Positions 1 to 12,900 of a DNA stretch of 64,000 bases are shown piece by piece (within the stretch, counting starts at the first letter, position 1; the number at the start of each line of letters is the position of its first letter). A program made the position numbers and the translations under genes. The notes beneath the pieces are model-generated. The model did not search any database, was not told where the DNA came from, and saw nothing but the letters and a program-made list of their open reading frames with translations. The stretch is taken from NCBI RefSeq assembly GCF_001194135.2, contig NC_068981.1:37921038-37985037 (forward strand), written 5' to 3'. Source of the stretch: Octopus bimaculoides. Its lineage: Eukaryota.

Positions 1-69
1 AGGTGGGGAGATGACAGAATTGTAATGAAAAACCAGACAAAATGCTAAGCAACATTTCGTCCATTTTTA

Positions 70-176
70 CAATCTGGTGGGTTGATGAAGTAAGTACCAG
101 TTGAGCACTGGAGTCAATGGAATTGACTAACCCCTTCCCCCAAAATTTCAGGCATTGTACCTATAGCAGAAAGGAT
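70..176 (+). mobile_element. SINE 3' fragment (family also at 2215, 29099, 53443, 56330)
   Basis: Contains aagtaccagttgagcactggagtcaat...ccccaaaatttcaggcattgtacctata, matching the body and tail of fuller copies in this window. Confidence 0.65.
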
Positions 177-1667
177 ACACCTATAAATACAATGCACACA
201 CACACACACACACACACACAATCACTCATACACATTTGTATATTAAATGTTCAAGTAATTATATTATCTTCAAGTACTTTAAAAATAACAGCTGAGTATT
301 TATTTTTGGTGTGGCTCTATGCTGACAGTAGAGCCAAATTTATTGTGAAGATCAAGTTAACTGAGACTTCACCTTCACAATATGTGTGTGTGCAAGCATG
401 TACAGAGAATGACAGAGAGAAATACACGCACGTACACTTAAAGTATTTTCTTCCTGTGTAATTTGCTCACATTCAATAAGTGACTCTACTAAATGTGTTG
501 TTTCTTAGTAAACAAACGTAAGCTACTTATTTTCGACTAAGTATTAGAAGCAATCCCGAGTAACAGTTCTCTTGCTATGTTAAGAAACTAAACAGAGCTC
601 CATCCATGCTACCATAAATCTTTCCAATACAAGTTCAGTTAAGACCTTGGCAGTTATTTTCATTATGAGCTCTGTTACTTTTATATTTCATCTTAAGCTT
701 TTCACATGCATTGCTACAGTTTTTACGAGTGATAGTTTAATTGAATTGAAATATATATTACTGCACATGACTGAAGAATGCTTGAGTTTTGTCAAATGGG
801 AGACGTAATACAGAAATAGTTTTAGGAAAAACTGAATTCGTGATATTACAAAGCATAAAGGTTACAATTTGATTTAAACCTGCATAACAAGATTTCCAGA
901 GGCAAACTTTTATTATCATTTTATCTTTTATCATTTCTAGGTGAAGGTATGCAAAAGGCATCAACAAAGAAGCATTCCATCTGCTGGCTGATTTGATTTT
1001 TTTGTTACTAAATGAATAAAGAGTCGAATAACCTTTTGTTTTGAGATAAGTAATTAAAATTCCTAAGTGCAATATTTTAAAAAATAAAGAGATTGTACAT
1101 TTATGAAATTGTATCAAAATTAAACTCTTTCTATTTTTTGTTCCATTCTGGAAAGGACTCTTTCATCTTTCGAAGTCTGTTAAAACAAAGTACCAGTCAG
1201 GTATTGAGTGAGCGATTTAATTGGCTAAACTCTCCCTAAAGTTTCTAACTATATGCCTTTGGAGGCAACTATTACTAAGGGCAGAGGATAAAGAAATTGT
1301 TAGAACTTTGGAAAAAAACTTTGAAATATTTGTTTCAAGTCCTTATACTTTGTGTTCAAATCCCACCAAGGCTTACTTTTGCTTTCATCTCTTCATGATC
1401 AATGACATTATATTTAATTCAAGTGTTAGAGTCATTAATATTAAATAATCTTCTACCTTAAAATTGATAGCCTTGTCTCTAAATCAGAAACAGTTAAGGG
1501 TGTTGGATTGGCAGAATAATTTCGATATCAGAAGAAATCCTATATCATCCTATGTTCTATCTTTCTAGGATCAATAAAATATAGTATTAGTCAAGTCTTG
1601 TGGTTGATGGCATCAACTAATCTTTCATCAAAATTGCAGGTTTTATGGCAGATTCTTGAAACCATTA

Positions 1668-1742
1668 CTATTATTATTATTATCATTATTATTATTATTA
1701 TTATTATTATATATTATTATTATTGTGTTTTTTGTTTTTATA

Positions 1743-1826
<84 letters not shown>

Positions 1827-1856
1827 CAGCAGTAGTAGTAGCAGTAGTAGTAGTAA
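1668..1856. repeat. Compound (TAT)n/(TAG)n microsatellite
   Basis: Direct inspection; it explains the poly-I/L/V ORF 1598-1882. Confidence 0.95.
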
Positions 1857-1857
1857 G

Positions 1858-1890
1858 TGAAGGTGCATGGCTCAGTGGTTAGAGCGCTGG
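1858..1890 (+). mobile_element. Isolated tRNA-derived SINE head
   Basis: gaaggtgcatggctcagtggttagagcg carries an A-box and matches the head of the SINE at 55115-55466. Confidence 0.6.
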
Positions 1891-1892
1891 AT

Positions 1893-2190
1893 TTTAGAGG
1901 ATGATGAACAAAACACCCATATTTCCAGAGATGAATTATTCAAAGCCCCAAAGAATTCCTCTCAACACATGGTGCTCTCCAACTGCTTCTGTTCGTGATC
2001 AGAGATGCACATACCATCAGCCACCAAGGGACATGCTCAACTGGTTAAGGTCAAGCAACTGACAAGCAAATCTGTGATATTGAGCAAAATATTTGCTATA
2101 GCCTGTCTTTTATTACCAAGCCAAAACAATGTACATGATAATACTTCCAATCAGTTAAGATCAAAAGCTATGAAAGCCACTGCCTGGTAC
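1893..2190 (-). mobile_element. Partial copy of ~520 bp non-coding dispersed element X
   Basis: Colinear with 2700-2970 (ccagagatgaattattcaaa...gatcagagatgcacata...gccactgcctggtac) and reverse-complementary to 8050-8340. Confidence 0.8.
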
Positions 2191-2214
2191 CACATCATCA
2201 TCATCATTATTATT

Positions 2215-2435
2215 TATTTCTTTATTGCCCACAGGGGGCTAAACATGGAGGGGACAAACAAAGGGTTTAAGTCGATTACATCGACCCCAGTGCGTAACTG
2301 GTACTTATTTAATTGACCCCGAAAGGATGAAAGGCAAAGTCGACCTCAGTGGAATTTGAACTCAGAACGTACCGGCAGACGAAATACTGCTAAGCATTTC
2401 GTCTGGCGTGCTAATGATTCTGCCAGCTCGCCACC
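2215..2435 (-). mobile_element. Young tRNA-derived SINE with 16 bp TSD
   Basis: Minus-strand head ggtggcgagctggcagaatcattagc, B-box-like gagttcaaattcc; catcatcattattatt duplicated at 2199-2214 and 2436-2451. Confidence 0.9.
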
Positions 2436-2454
2436 CATCATCATTATTATTATT

Positions 2455-2972
2455 GAGTGAGAGAGCAGTGCATGCCATCAAAGTGATACTGGGGTACAAA
2501 TATACAAAGCCCAGTATACCCATCATGACTACCTATTTGATGAGGGTGTCCCAAGCACATGCATCATAACCATATGTGAACGACATAGTGATTTCATATC
2601 AATATAAACAGAACATGACCTTGCAGGTGGGGCCTAGTTAGAATTTTCTTCAGGTTGAGTAGTCCATCCTGCTCAAAAGGCCCCTGAATAAAGGTTGTTA
2701 AAGGTTTTTGAATGAGACACCCATGTTTCCAGAGGTGAATTATTCAAACCCCTAAGAATTCCTCTCAACATATGATGCTTTCCCATTACTTCTGCTCATG
2801 ATCAGAGATGCACATATCATCAGTTAAGATCAAACAACTGACAAGTAAATCTGTGGTATTGAACAGAATATTTACTGTAGCCCACCTTTTATACCAAGAC
2901 AAAACAATATACATGATTACACTTTTTAAGAGTTAAGATCAGAAGCCATGAGAGACACTGCCTAGTAATGCA
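2455..2972 (-). mobile_element. Near full-length copy of element X
   Basis: Aligns by eye along its length to the reverse complement of 8050-8590; flanked by (TAT)n on both sides; no ORF seen. Confidence 0.85.
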
Positions 2973-2988
2973 TTTATTATTATTATTG

Positions 2989-3472
2989 TTCAGTAGTTTT
3001 ATTTTTATAACGTGCTTTCAATTCACTACCGAGCACAGCTCTGTGTGCCTTGGGTATGTGCTGTGGTTTGCTGTGATGCTGTTATGGTTACTGTATTGAA
3101 AGTGTTTTGTGTAGGATGTGTGCAGTGCCCAGTAGTGCAATTTTCTGTATGTTATATATATTTGTAAATCCTGTTGTTTTTGTTATGTATTTGTCTGAAT
3201 ATTTTTTTATTATACCTAAGGCACCTACTATGATAGGAATTGTTTCTGTTTTTAGATTCCACATTCGAGTTACCTCTATTTTCATGTCTTTGTATTTTGA
3301 AAGTTTTTCCATTTCTTTTAGGGAAACGTTGACATCTGCTGGTATTGATACATCAATTAGAAAGCATTTTTTTTCTTCATGAGCTTTGACAACTATATCT
3401 GGTCTATTTGCCTTAATTTCTCTATCTGTGTGTATTGGCATATCCCAGAGTATGGTTGCTTTCTCGTTTTCT

Positions 3473-3474
<2 letters not shown>
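2989..3474 (-). mobile_element. R4/Dong-clade non-LTR retrotransposon, 5'-truncated 3' end (RLE domain plus 3' UTR)
   Basis: Open frame 3474-3088: TENEKATILWDMPIHTDREIKANRPDIVV...FLIDVSIP...EKLSKYKD...IPIIVGALG...IQKIALLGTAHIL, a PD-(D/E)xK RLE motif; bounded by TAA repeats at both ends. Confidence 0.9.
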
Positions 3475-3534
<60 letters not shown>

Positions 3535-3535
3535 A
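3475..3535. repeat. (TTA)n microsatellite at the Dong 5' junction
   Basis: Direct inspection. Confidence 0.95.
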
Positions 3536-4479
3536 CATAAATAATAGCTGACTTGAAGACTATGTGGCAGCCACAGAAAATTACAAATTTATCTCCACAA
3601 AGAATTAAAATATTTGATGGGAGAGTTTCTACTAGAAATTGATCAGATTAGTTACCATTAAGAGTGAAGAATCTCTTGACTATCATTTAAACGTGAAGAT
3701 AAAGAAAGCAGTGTTGTGAATTTCGTCACAAGTTAGAAAATGAAAAAAGGAAATAAAAAGATGTGGGAGGTGATGTGGCTGAATACAAGAGGAAAGTGTT
3801 GTGAGTGATGTGTAAAGTGGACGAATGAGGAGGAAGTAAATAATGTGCAAAACGATGTAGACAGAGCTAAAAGTTTAAATAAGGCCATTATGAAAGTCAA
3901 GAAGAGGAGGTGGTTGGGGAATGATGAAATAAGATGATGAGATAGACAGTTATGCCTCTACAGGGACAATATTTCTTAAAACTAAGTGCCTTACATATAA
4001 GAAAAGAAAAAAGAAAAAAAACTACTCTTGCTTTACTGAATAATTCTAGATGGAATAGTGAAGCATCAGCACCAATACGTGCCATACAAAAGCATTAAAT
4101 TTTCTATATATGCCATACAAAAGCAATCTATCGTTACTAGATATATTGAAAGAAATCATTTCAATTCTTTCAATAGTGATGAAAGATGTCGCTTCTGAGA
4201 TGTATTTTCTGGAACAATATACCCACAAGTCCTACACCAATTCCTACAAAATACCATGATGGAATTATTCTAATATGTGCTTAGCCACCTGATGTCAACT
4301 CCTCAGAGAAAAGTTATGGTTCTCATATGAACCTTCACTTCTGTTAGAAAACTTCAATGAAAATTTACTAAAGAAACAGCTCAGACAATGTTCATTCCAT
4401 TGAAACCAAATATTTATTGCACTCTAAACCAAGTCTCTACTTGTACCAATTCTTCAACATTATTCTTTTTACATGGATC

Positions 4480-4830
4480 TAGCCAAATATTTGGAAACAT
4501 GCCATAGTATATCCCACTTCAAAGACAGGAACATCTATAACTTTTCAAACTTTTGACTAATTTCTCTCATTCCCAATGTCTTGAAATAGATAGTCACATC
4601 TGGAATAGTGAAGAGAGGCACTAGCCCCAAAAGTGGTAGCAGCAAATATGACTGCAAAATCTTTGAAAATGGAAATTAATTTTAAAAAATGGGAACAAAT
4701 TATAAGACAAGTACATAAACATATCCTTAATTCATCAAACAAAAATCCAAATACAACACTAATAAAAGTACAACTACTAAAGCTCTTGACGTGTCCTATA
4801 GTAACATTGCAAGCTGAAAGGAATTATTAG
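4480..4830 (+). mobile_element. Highly decayed CR1/L2-like LINE reverse transcriptase fragment
   Basis: IWKHAIVYPTSKTG...ISLIPNVLK resembles the WKHAxVxPIPK..YRPISLLP RT entry motif; a KALD(V) resembling KAFD lies near 4780; frames are broken. Confidence 0.45.
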
Positions 4831-6463
4831 ATACTCCTTAACTCCAGAGCAAGGGAGAGGCACAGGAATATTTCACGCAAGACAATGCCTCTTTAGCAAA
4901 GAAATTTACCATGTAAAAGGCAAGCTGCAAGTTGCAAGTTACATTTGTCTTTCAAAACGTGGAGAGGACTTCTGGATACTATCAAAAGAGGTTCTTAGAA
5001 GCCTTGAATGAAGTATGACAGGATATGTGCTTTCATGATTGGGGAAGGGCATATGGAAGCATGTGGTTAGTTATTAAAGTCAATGTTGAAACAATGAAAC
5101 ATAAAGAGTTGGTACTCCACACACCTCCTCTCAGGTTGGTGCTGCAGTGGATGGGAAAAGAAAAGACAAAACTCATGATCAGAGATTTCTGGTAATGACA
5201 TTGGTCCTTGATCTTTCATCACCTTTGCACCATATTATGGTTCATGCAGAGGTTCCCAAGAACATGTGATTAGGTAGGGTCTGTATGAATATGCAAATCC
5301 TAGTGATCTAAGAAGACCACAACACCTTCCCAGTGCTGTATCTCATTGAGGGTGGCAAGAAGAGGTCAATCAGATTGGTTGTCAGTTTCTTGTTCAAAAG
5401 TATCTCCTTCCTTCCCATCCATCTCAAAGGCCCTGCAAAAGAGTCATGGACATCGCCCTTCCTTCTAAAGTAAAATATTTGAACAAAATTATCTTTAGCA
5501 ATAATGGCAGCATCAACATAGGTTATAACAAACAAGCTTGTTTACTAGTGTGACAAGACCCGTAGAACTCATAGAACTATAAAAAGGAAGAATTAAGAGG
5601 AACAGGATTCCTGTACAAAAAGAAAAGAGAAAAGTCACTTGCAAGAATGGAAGAAAAAAAATAATTGAAGTTTCATGATGGGTAATAATTGGCAACTTTA
5701 TCTCTCTTTCATGCATCAGTACACAATATCTTTTAAGAATTGACTAAACTTTAAAGTGGACAATTCTTATTTAAATGAGGCTAGAATGAGACATGAAATA
5801 AATGCATTAGAAATTAAACAATATATGGAATTTACTACTAAAGAACAGAAAGAATCAAAATCAATGTCGTAATTATTAAGCCCAGTGTGTATTCTTATGA
5901 ATACAGTTATTAAAAAAATACTTAATTAACTGCATAAAGTAAGAAAAAAAAAAACGCACACACACATAAATTATCAAAATCCACTTGACATGGCGATAAA
6001 GTAGTTTCAGACATCTTGACTATATGAGGATAAAGAAAGATAATTAAATGGTCAAATACTAGTTGAATGCATAAAATATTAAAAGACTAAGTGGCGAAGA
6101 TAAAGTTCATTCATGTCAGCAACTCTAAAATCCAACTGAAAGATACTGAATAATTTAACAAGAAAAATGTGGTTCCTTAGTATCTAATAAAATGTAGAAT
6201 TAATGAAATACATTATCATCTGCATCATCTTCTCCTCAACACAATTACTATTATCATCATTATCAATAATATTTATCAAAAGCAGACAATTTTAGAAAGC
6301 AAAACTGTTTTCATATTTTTTTTTATAAATAGATCTGATTTAAGAAAGTTAAGCTTTATGGGAAACTGACAAAAGATACAACAGACACAGACAGATGGGA
6401 AGAAGATATTTTGTGACATAACAAAGATATAATATAAAAGCAAAACAAAGGAGATTCTAGGTG

Positions 6464-6504
<41 letters not shown>

Positions 6505-7917
6505 TGCAATGGTGGTAATAGTGGCATATGCCGGTGATGATGCAAGTGATAATTGTATGCCACAAATCAGAGTTTCCCTCTGCACTTATTTTATTTGGTA
6601 TTTTGCTTCATCAAAAATGTATCTTAGATATTAAATCCTTTGTTGATGACAGATTTAAAAATAATGAGCCAATACTAATAGGAACAACAAAAGATAGAAT
6701 AGAGATATAACTTTAAAATTATTTAACTAAAACACTTTAAAAATTTCTTTAGATTAACAGACCAGATATGGAATTTTTAACAAAATATTGTAAAAACAAA
6801 AACAAAAAACCCCAACACATTAATCTGTCTTCTTTCTGTCATTTTTGTTGCTAGTAAAATACACTGCTCCTTAAAGTTCATGAAATGTTTGTCAGCTCCA
6901 CTTAAAATTCTCTTGATGTATTTGTTGTTCTTGTCACATGTAGTCTATCTCAATTTGAAGGCCAGCTGATTGTTTTATAAGTTCATAAACTAATCTTTAT
7001 GTGGTTACTGATCTACTAATAAAAGCAGCAAAAAATCCCCCTCAAATAACTACCATGTGAAATAAGGGAAAGACATATCAATTAATGTAGTCCTATATAT
7101 GCTTAAAAAACTTTGGTAATTAATGCTGCAATGCCTTTGATTGTAGGCCTGCTATCTAAAGTTAAAACCATTTCTATTGCCCTTTCTGCTCATACTGTCT
7201 CACAAAAATCAGCTGGGTGGGTTCAAAATTTAATATTAATCACATTATTTATTGAAACCTCACAGACATTTGGGGATTGTAAAAACTACTAGAATCTGTC
7301 TATACAATCATTTTAGATTAATGAATAAAAAAAAAAACGTAGTAATCTACAATTGGTATGAACTAATGGATAGAATAAGATCAGATACTTCCAACTTCAG
7401 TCAAAGTCAAATAATATTTTTTTTACTTTGTTTATCTCAGACTTCACAGTTAGAAAATAGGAACTCAGTCTTATTTTATGATCAAAGGATTAGTGCAAGG
7501 AAGAAACTTTCCCAGTCAAACACCTGTTCCAAGAAGACAAACTAAATCAATACACCATATTTCAGCACAAAGAACAGGTATAAAAAAACAAATTGCTGTT
7601 TTCCTTTTTGTATTTGTGCAGAAAATTCCAGTTCCTATGAAGAAGTAACCAAGAAAGCAGATTCATGAAAATGAAGAATATAAAAAGGAAAGCAGCAATG
7701 GTAAGGAATTGTAATCCTTTACAAATAATATCCATAAGGAAATATACTGAAGTATCTTCTTGAGGAATAAGAAATCATTGCCACTTTCTCCTTCCTATTA
7801 TAAAAGCAAATACCTTGAAATTCTCTTTAACATTCCAAATCTATATTTATCAAAGAATGGTTTTCAAAGTGAAATAAATTTGTTTTTTAAATCAATAGGC
7901 AAAATATGATACTGCAT

Positions 7918-7978
7918 AATAATGATGACGATGATGATGATGATGATGATGATGATAATAATAATAATAATAATAATC

Positions 7979-8024
<46 letters not shown>

Positions 8025-8049
8025 TAACAACAACAACAATAATAATAAT
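7918..8049. repeat. Compound (GAT)n/(AAT)n/(AAC)n microsatellite
   Basis: Direct inspection. Confidence 0.95.
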
Positions 8050-8590
8050 CAATGTCCTGATGCAATACCAGATAGTGGCTTGCATGGCTTCTGATCTTAA
8101 GTGATTGGATGTGTTAACATCTACATATTTTGTCTTGGTGTAAAAGATGGGCTACAGCAAATATTCTGTTCAATTCCACAGATTTTTTGTCAGCTGCTTG
8201 ACCGTAACTAGTTGAGTGTATGACAATATATGCATCTCTGATAATGAGCAGTAGTAGAGGGGGAACATCATAATTATGTGTTGAGAGGAATTCTTCGTGG
8301 GTCTGAAAAATTCCCTTGGAATCATGGGTGTTTCATTCATCGTCCTTAAGCAACCTTTATTCTGGGCTCTTTTGAGCAGAACAGACAACTTGATCTGAAG
8401 AAAATTCTAAGTGGGCCCTTCCTGCAAGGTTGTGTGCCATTTATCTTGATATGAAGTCATCATGTTGTGTACATATGGCTGTGATGTATATACCTAGAAC
8501 GCTCTTATTAGACAGGTAGTAATGATGGATATATTGGGCTTTGTATATTTGTACCCCAGCATCATTTTGATGGTATGTACTGTCCTTTAA
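8050..8590 (+). mobile_element. Full-length, more diverged copy of element X
   Basis: Reverse complement of 2455-2972; lies between (AAT)n at 8040 and (AAC/AAT)n at 8591. Confidence 0.85.
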
Positions 8591-8656
8591 ATAACAACAA
8601 CAACAACAACAACAATAATAATAACAATAATAATAATAATAATAATAATAATAATC

Positions 8657-8831
8657 AGGACTTATGAATGTGTATAACATACAGAAAAAAGCACTATTAG
8701 GCACCATGCATATCCCATGTAAAGCACTTTTAGTGAAAATAGGAGCACCACAACAAACCACAGCACATACTCAAGGCACACAGAGTTGTGATCAGTTGTA
8801 CAGTGAAAACATGCGAAATAAGACTACTGAA
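8657..8831 (+). mobile_element. Second R4/Dong 3' end, short
   Basis: GLMNVYNIQKKALLGTMHI matches the end of the 3088 ORF; same UTR (caaaccacagcacatac.caaggcacacagag) and same terminus actactgaa followed by (TAA)n. Confidence 0.85.
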
Positions 8832-8869
8832 TAATAATAATAATGCTGATGATAATAATAATAATAATA

Positions 8870-8910
<41 letters not shown>

Positions 8911-9329
8911 ATATAAGCAAAAATGTATTTCAGAATGTCTGTGAAATGTTATTTTTGTGAAAAATTATTATTGCAATTATACTTTTAATGTTCCAAAATA
9001 AATAGTATTGTTACTGTTGACTATATCTTCCCTTTAAAATCTTTTAATTTCTCCCTTATTTTTCATGACTATGAAGGTATGAGCATATTGTGACTCAAAA
9101 CAGTCACATTGAATTAAATAGTTTTACTTGGCTAAAACATTCAGATTATGTATTTAATGCATAAGTGAAACATGACTGCTGCTACTGCATCCTCCATATA
9201 TTCACTATTGCTCCTATTTAATGTAACTGGCTGCTTGGCACCTTTCACTTAATGCATACCATAATGCACCAGGACCGAGAAGCAACAATAATGATTTTGT
9301 AGCATTCGCTGGTGTTTTAAATATTTAAT

Positions 9330-9700
9330 CTATCTAGCTTTGTGGTTCCTTGTTGAAGTCAAGTTAATCCAAATAGCGCAGCTGTAATTTCCTCTTCAAG
9401 TGTTGGATCAGAGCTGGATTGCCCCTACTCACAAGCTTGTTGAACCTGACTTCTCAGCATTTCCCTGCAGCAATCATTAATGGAAGATCTATTACTAGGT
9501 ACAGAGCTTGCTTAGTTTGGATTCAGCTACAGGCTGAGATTATATCAATCAACAGTGTAACACTCTTCTGTAGTACCAATCTGATTTTTTTAGCATTCAA
9601 TCTTTCAGAAAGGTATTATATCCTCACTGGAGACATCAATTCTGCCATCCAGGTATTTGATACAAATATAGTAATGAATAGTGTCAACTGATTTAAAGTG
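9330..9700 (-). mobile_element. Possible decayed RTE-like LINE fragment
   Basis: Minus strand gives IKYLDGRI (cf. FKYLGS) and later KRKLQLRYL (cf. KRKLRYFGH); weak and frameshifted. Confidence 0.3.
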
Positions 9701-9929
9701 ATCTGTCGCTGGTTCATATTTTCTTTTAGGAACAAACAGTCGCCACCATTGTCAGCAGCAGTGGTGGTGTACTTTGGTATGTGTGTATATGTGAATATAC
9801 ACACATATATATGCTTAACTATATATATGCATTTCTACATTTATATGTAAGCATGTGCATGTATGAATAGATATGCATGTATGTGCATGTGTATGTGCAT
9901 GTGTATGTGCATGTTTTAACATAAGTTTC

Positions 9930-12900
9930 ACTATATTTGCATAGATGGATGAGTCTTCTCAATTAGTACATATCTACATAAAAATGATTCCAGGTTCAAG
10001 CAACTGTTTAAAGACTGTTCTATTGATAAATGATGCTGAGAGTTGAATAGTATTTCAAGACACATTTATTTAATTGTAGTACAAATGCTGGACCTAATTG
10101 CATGGAATGATTTTTCTAAAGTGTCCCACAATAATCTTTTGGGGACCAAATTTTTTGAGTGAAGGGCAAGTGTTATTGTTCTTCATCGATTTTTATTTAA
10201 ACTTTCCACTTCACTGGTTTCAGTGGAATGAAAGGGACTTGTTTTATTAGAATAATATTATTGTTCTCAAAAATATTAGAGACAACTAAAGATACATACT
10301 GGGATCTTTGGTCTGAGTGGATTAAAACTGGAACTTCAATCATGTAAAATGGATTGTAAAAATTAGATTAATTTAGGAGCTGTCATATCTATGCATGTAA
10401 ATGTGAAAGGAAAACCCTAATATTCATTTATAATCATAATCATGTAGCAGTGATAGTTAGATTGTGATAGAGGAGTTTTGAAACTGACACTACGATATTT
10501 AACAGGTTATACAAATTTGACAAGTTTGTCATGAGAAGGATAAAAGAATTGTGGTTTCAATTCTGAGAATTCATTACATAATCGTTTAAATATCTTTGAA
10601 TGAGAAAGGCAAGATGTTAAATCTAACATAATAGCACATTCATGACATTCTAAGCTGATATTAAGGTTTATGTAAGATTGATTCCTAAGGATATTATAGA
10701 GAATGATCTTGTACAAGTAAGTACTTCAGCTGAGTCACTTTGTTCAGATATGTATCAGCTGTCATAATTGTAGCACCATATTTTTTTTTTCTGAATCATT
10801 GAAGAATCATTCTTTGTTTTTTTTTTTGTGTCCCTTTAATCTGGAAACTAAATATGAATGAGAACACCTGTTGATCAGTATGTAATGTAAAGCTGTCTTA
10901 AAGTGAAAAAAAAAAGTGGCATTTCTTCAAACACTCTATGATAGATATAAACTCTTTTACAATGAGAGATTTTGGTTAGGATGAAGAAAATTTCTGAAGA
11001 AGAAAGTAAGAAGCTTATTAGAGCAAAATGACATTTAAAATTGTAATTCTATATGCATCAGTTTCAGCACATAGTGGAACTTCTTGTAAGATTAGTAACA
11101 AATAGCTATTAACAACTAAAGTATTAAGCAGAATAGTATGTTTTCTTGAATTAGTTTCAAAGAGGACAACCTATTTAGAGTAGTAATTAAACAAATCTTG
11201 TAGTTGAAGTTGTTTAGCATTACTATCCACCAGGTGATCAGGAAGAAGCTTTAATCTTTTCAAGTCAGCTTGTAAAAATTTATCTCCTTTATTGTATCCA
11301 ATGTTAAAATTGGATGTTTTGTGGAGTAGAGATTTGTCATTGTTCAATGTAAATGTCAAATATCTTAGTAACTGAAATAAATTGAGCCAAGTTTCCATCA
11401 TGATCCTCCATAGTTTTGCTAGTGACAACATCATTGATATAGGTATGAACATCTTTGATATCACAAGTTACTAATCATACTGCATTACTCTTTGAAAAAC
11501 ATTCACAAGAGGTATATGACAGAGTAAACTTGTAAACTGGAATAAACATCTACTAACCTGAAATACTGTGTATCTTTCATCATCATTGTAGAGTAGATTC
11601 TATAGTATGCTGTAAAATTTATTGTAGCAAATAAAATACCAGATCTTCATATTATAAAATGAATAAGCATCTAGTAATTCATATTTGCGAAAGTTCAAAA
11701 CAATGTGTTTGTCAATGTCTCTTATGTCTACCACATGAGTTTACCACAGAGTTTCTAAGGGTGCAATGTCATCATCAAGAAACCATTTAATTCCACTCTT
11801 AGAAGAAAAAAATACCATTAAATGGAGAAATACTATGAAATTTAGTACCAATTGTGTTCAGATCATTGTTTAGGGGCCTCACACATAAGAAAGAGCGACC
11901 AACTTCAGAACATGTAAAATAACAATAAAATATTTTCAATGATTTTCTGGATACAGAAGTTTTAGAAAGTCATGTCCCAGAATAATAGAGAAATACATGT
12001 TAAACAAAATGTTTAAATGTTTTCATATATAAAAATAAGATGTAGGATATGCAGAGAGATGAAGAAAAAGTCAATTTAGATTCAGTTTCTATGTCAATTC
12101 AGTAAATTTTCAAAGATGTTGGGAATGAGAGATTCTTACAAATATTCTTGTCTATGAAACATTTGACACTACACAAACTGAATAGATCATCAATGCATTT
12201 GCTAACCCAATACATGTTAACAGTAACTTCTTCTACTCCATTTCTTTGATGTGCTCTTGTAGTTAGGATACAATCTTAACTGTTGTAGTGGCTCTTTTTC
12301 ACTGACATGCTCATAAAAAACGTTTTACTTTTAATACATTTGTTTGCAAATTCTCCTCTTTGCTAGACAAATAGTAAGATAATAGTAACAACTAGCACAA
12401 GATAGAAACTTTATTGATAAACTAATTTAATTATGATAGCAAAAATATGCTCATTATTAACGGTGTCAATCTTTACTTTTAACTGCAGTTCCAGACTGGG
12501 CGTTCAGAGATAGAGAAGATTACTCATAAGCTTCTGCGTTCTTCTAAGCAACTTCTTGAGAACGAACTTGTATGAGTGTTTATTCCAAATTCAATCATCA
12601 GTCTTCAAGGAATTTTTGTGAAATATAGTCGGGAAGAAATTTAAGAAATAAATAACTCTCCAATATTCCCACCTTGATTTACATCAGCAGTTACAACATG
12701 TAATCTACAACTAGGTGAAGTGTCATTGAATTATAATATAAGACAATTCTTCACTTGATTGTCTTTTTGACTGCCACTGAAATCTGCAAAACATGTACTT
12801 TGCTGTCTAATGAAAATGCAATCAAGGGTAACTATTGTCAAGTTGTAGTTCATGCAGTCTGCAGTAAAAGTAAGGATAGAAGATGAAATGAAAGCTAGTG

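Noticed and set aside
758-1117. 119 aa minus-strand ORF and a plus-strand acceptor at 940 with an LEFCQMGD kinase-hinge-like peptide upstream
   Set aside because: No recognisable domain; the kinase-like peptide is bounded by stops and no other kinase motifs are nearby.
5100-5540. GC-richer segment with a TYVDA motif
   Set aside because: Probably an old LINE scrap, but I could not match ordered motifs, so it is left unannotated.
10655-10716. Apparent plus-strand exon ADIKVYVRLIPKDIIENDLVQ ending at GTAAGT
   Set aside because: It lies antisense within the Gypsy integrase region; coincidental.
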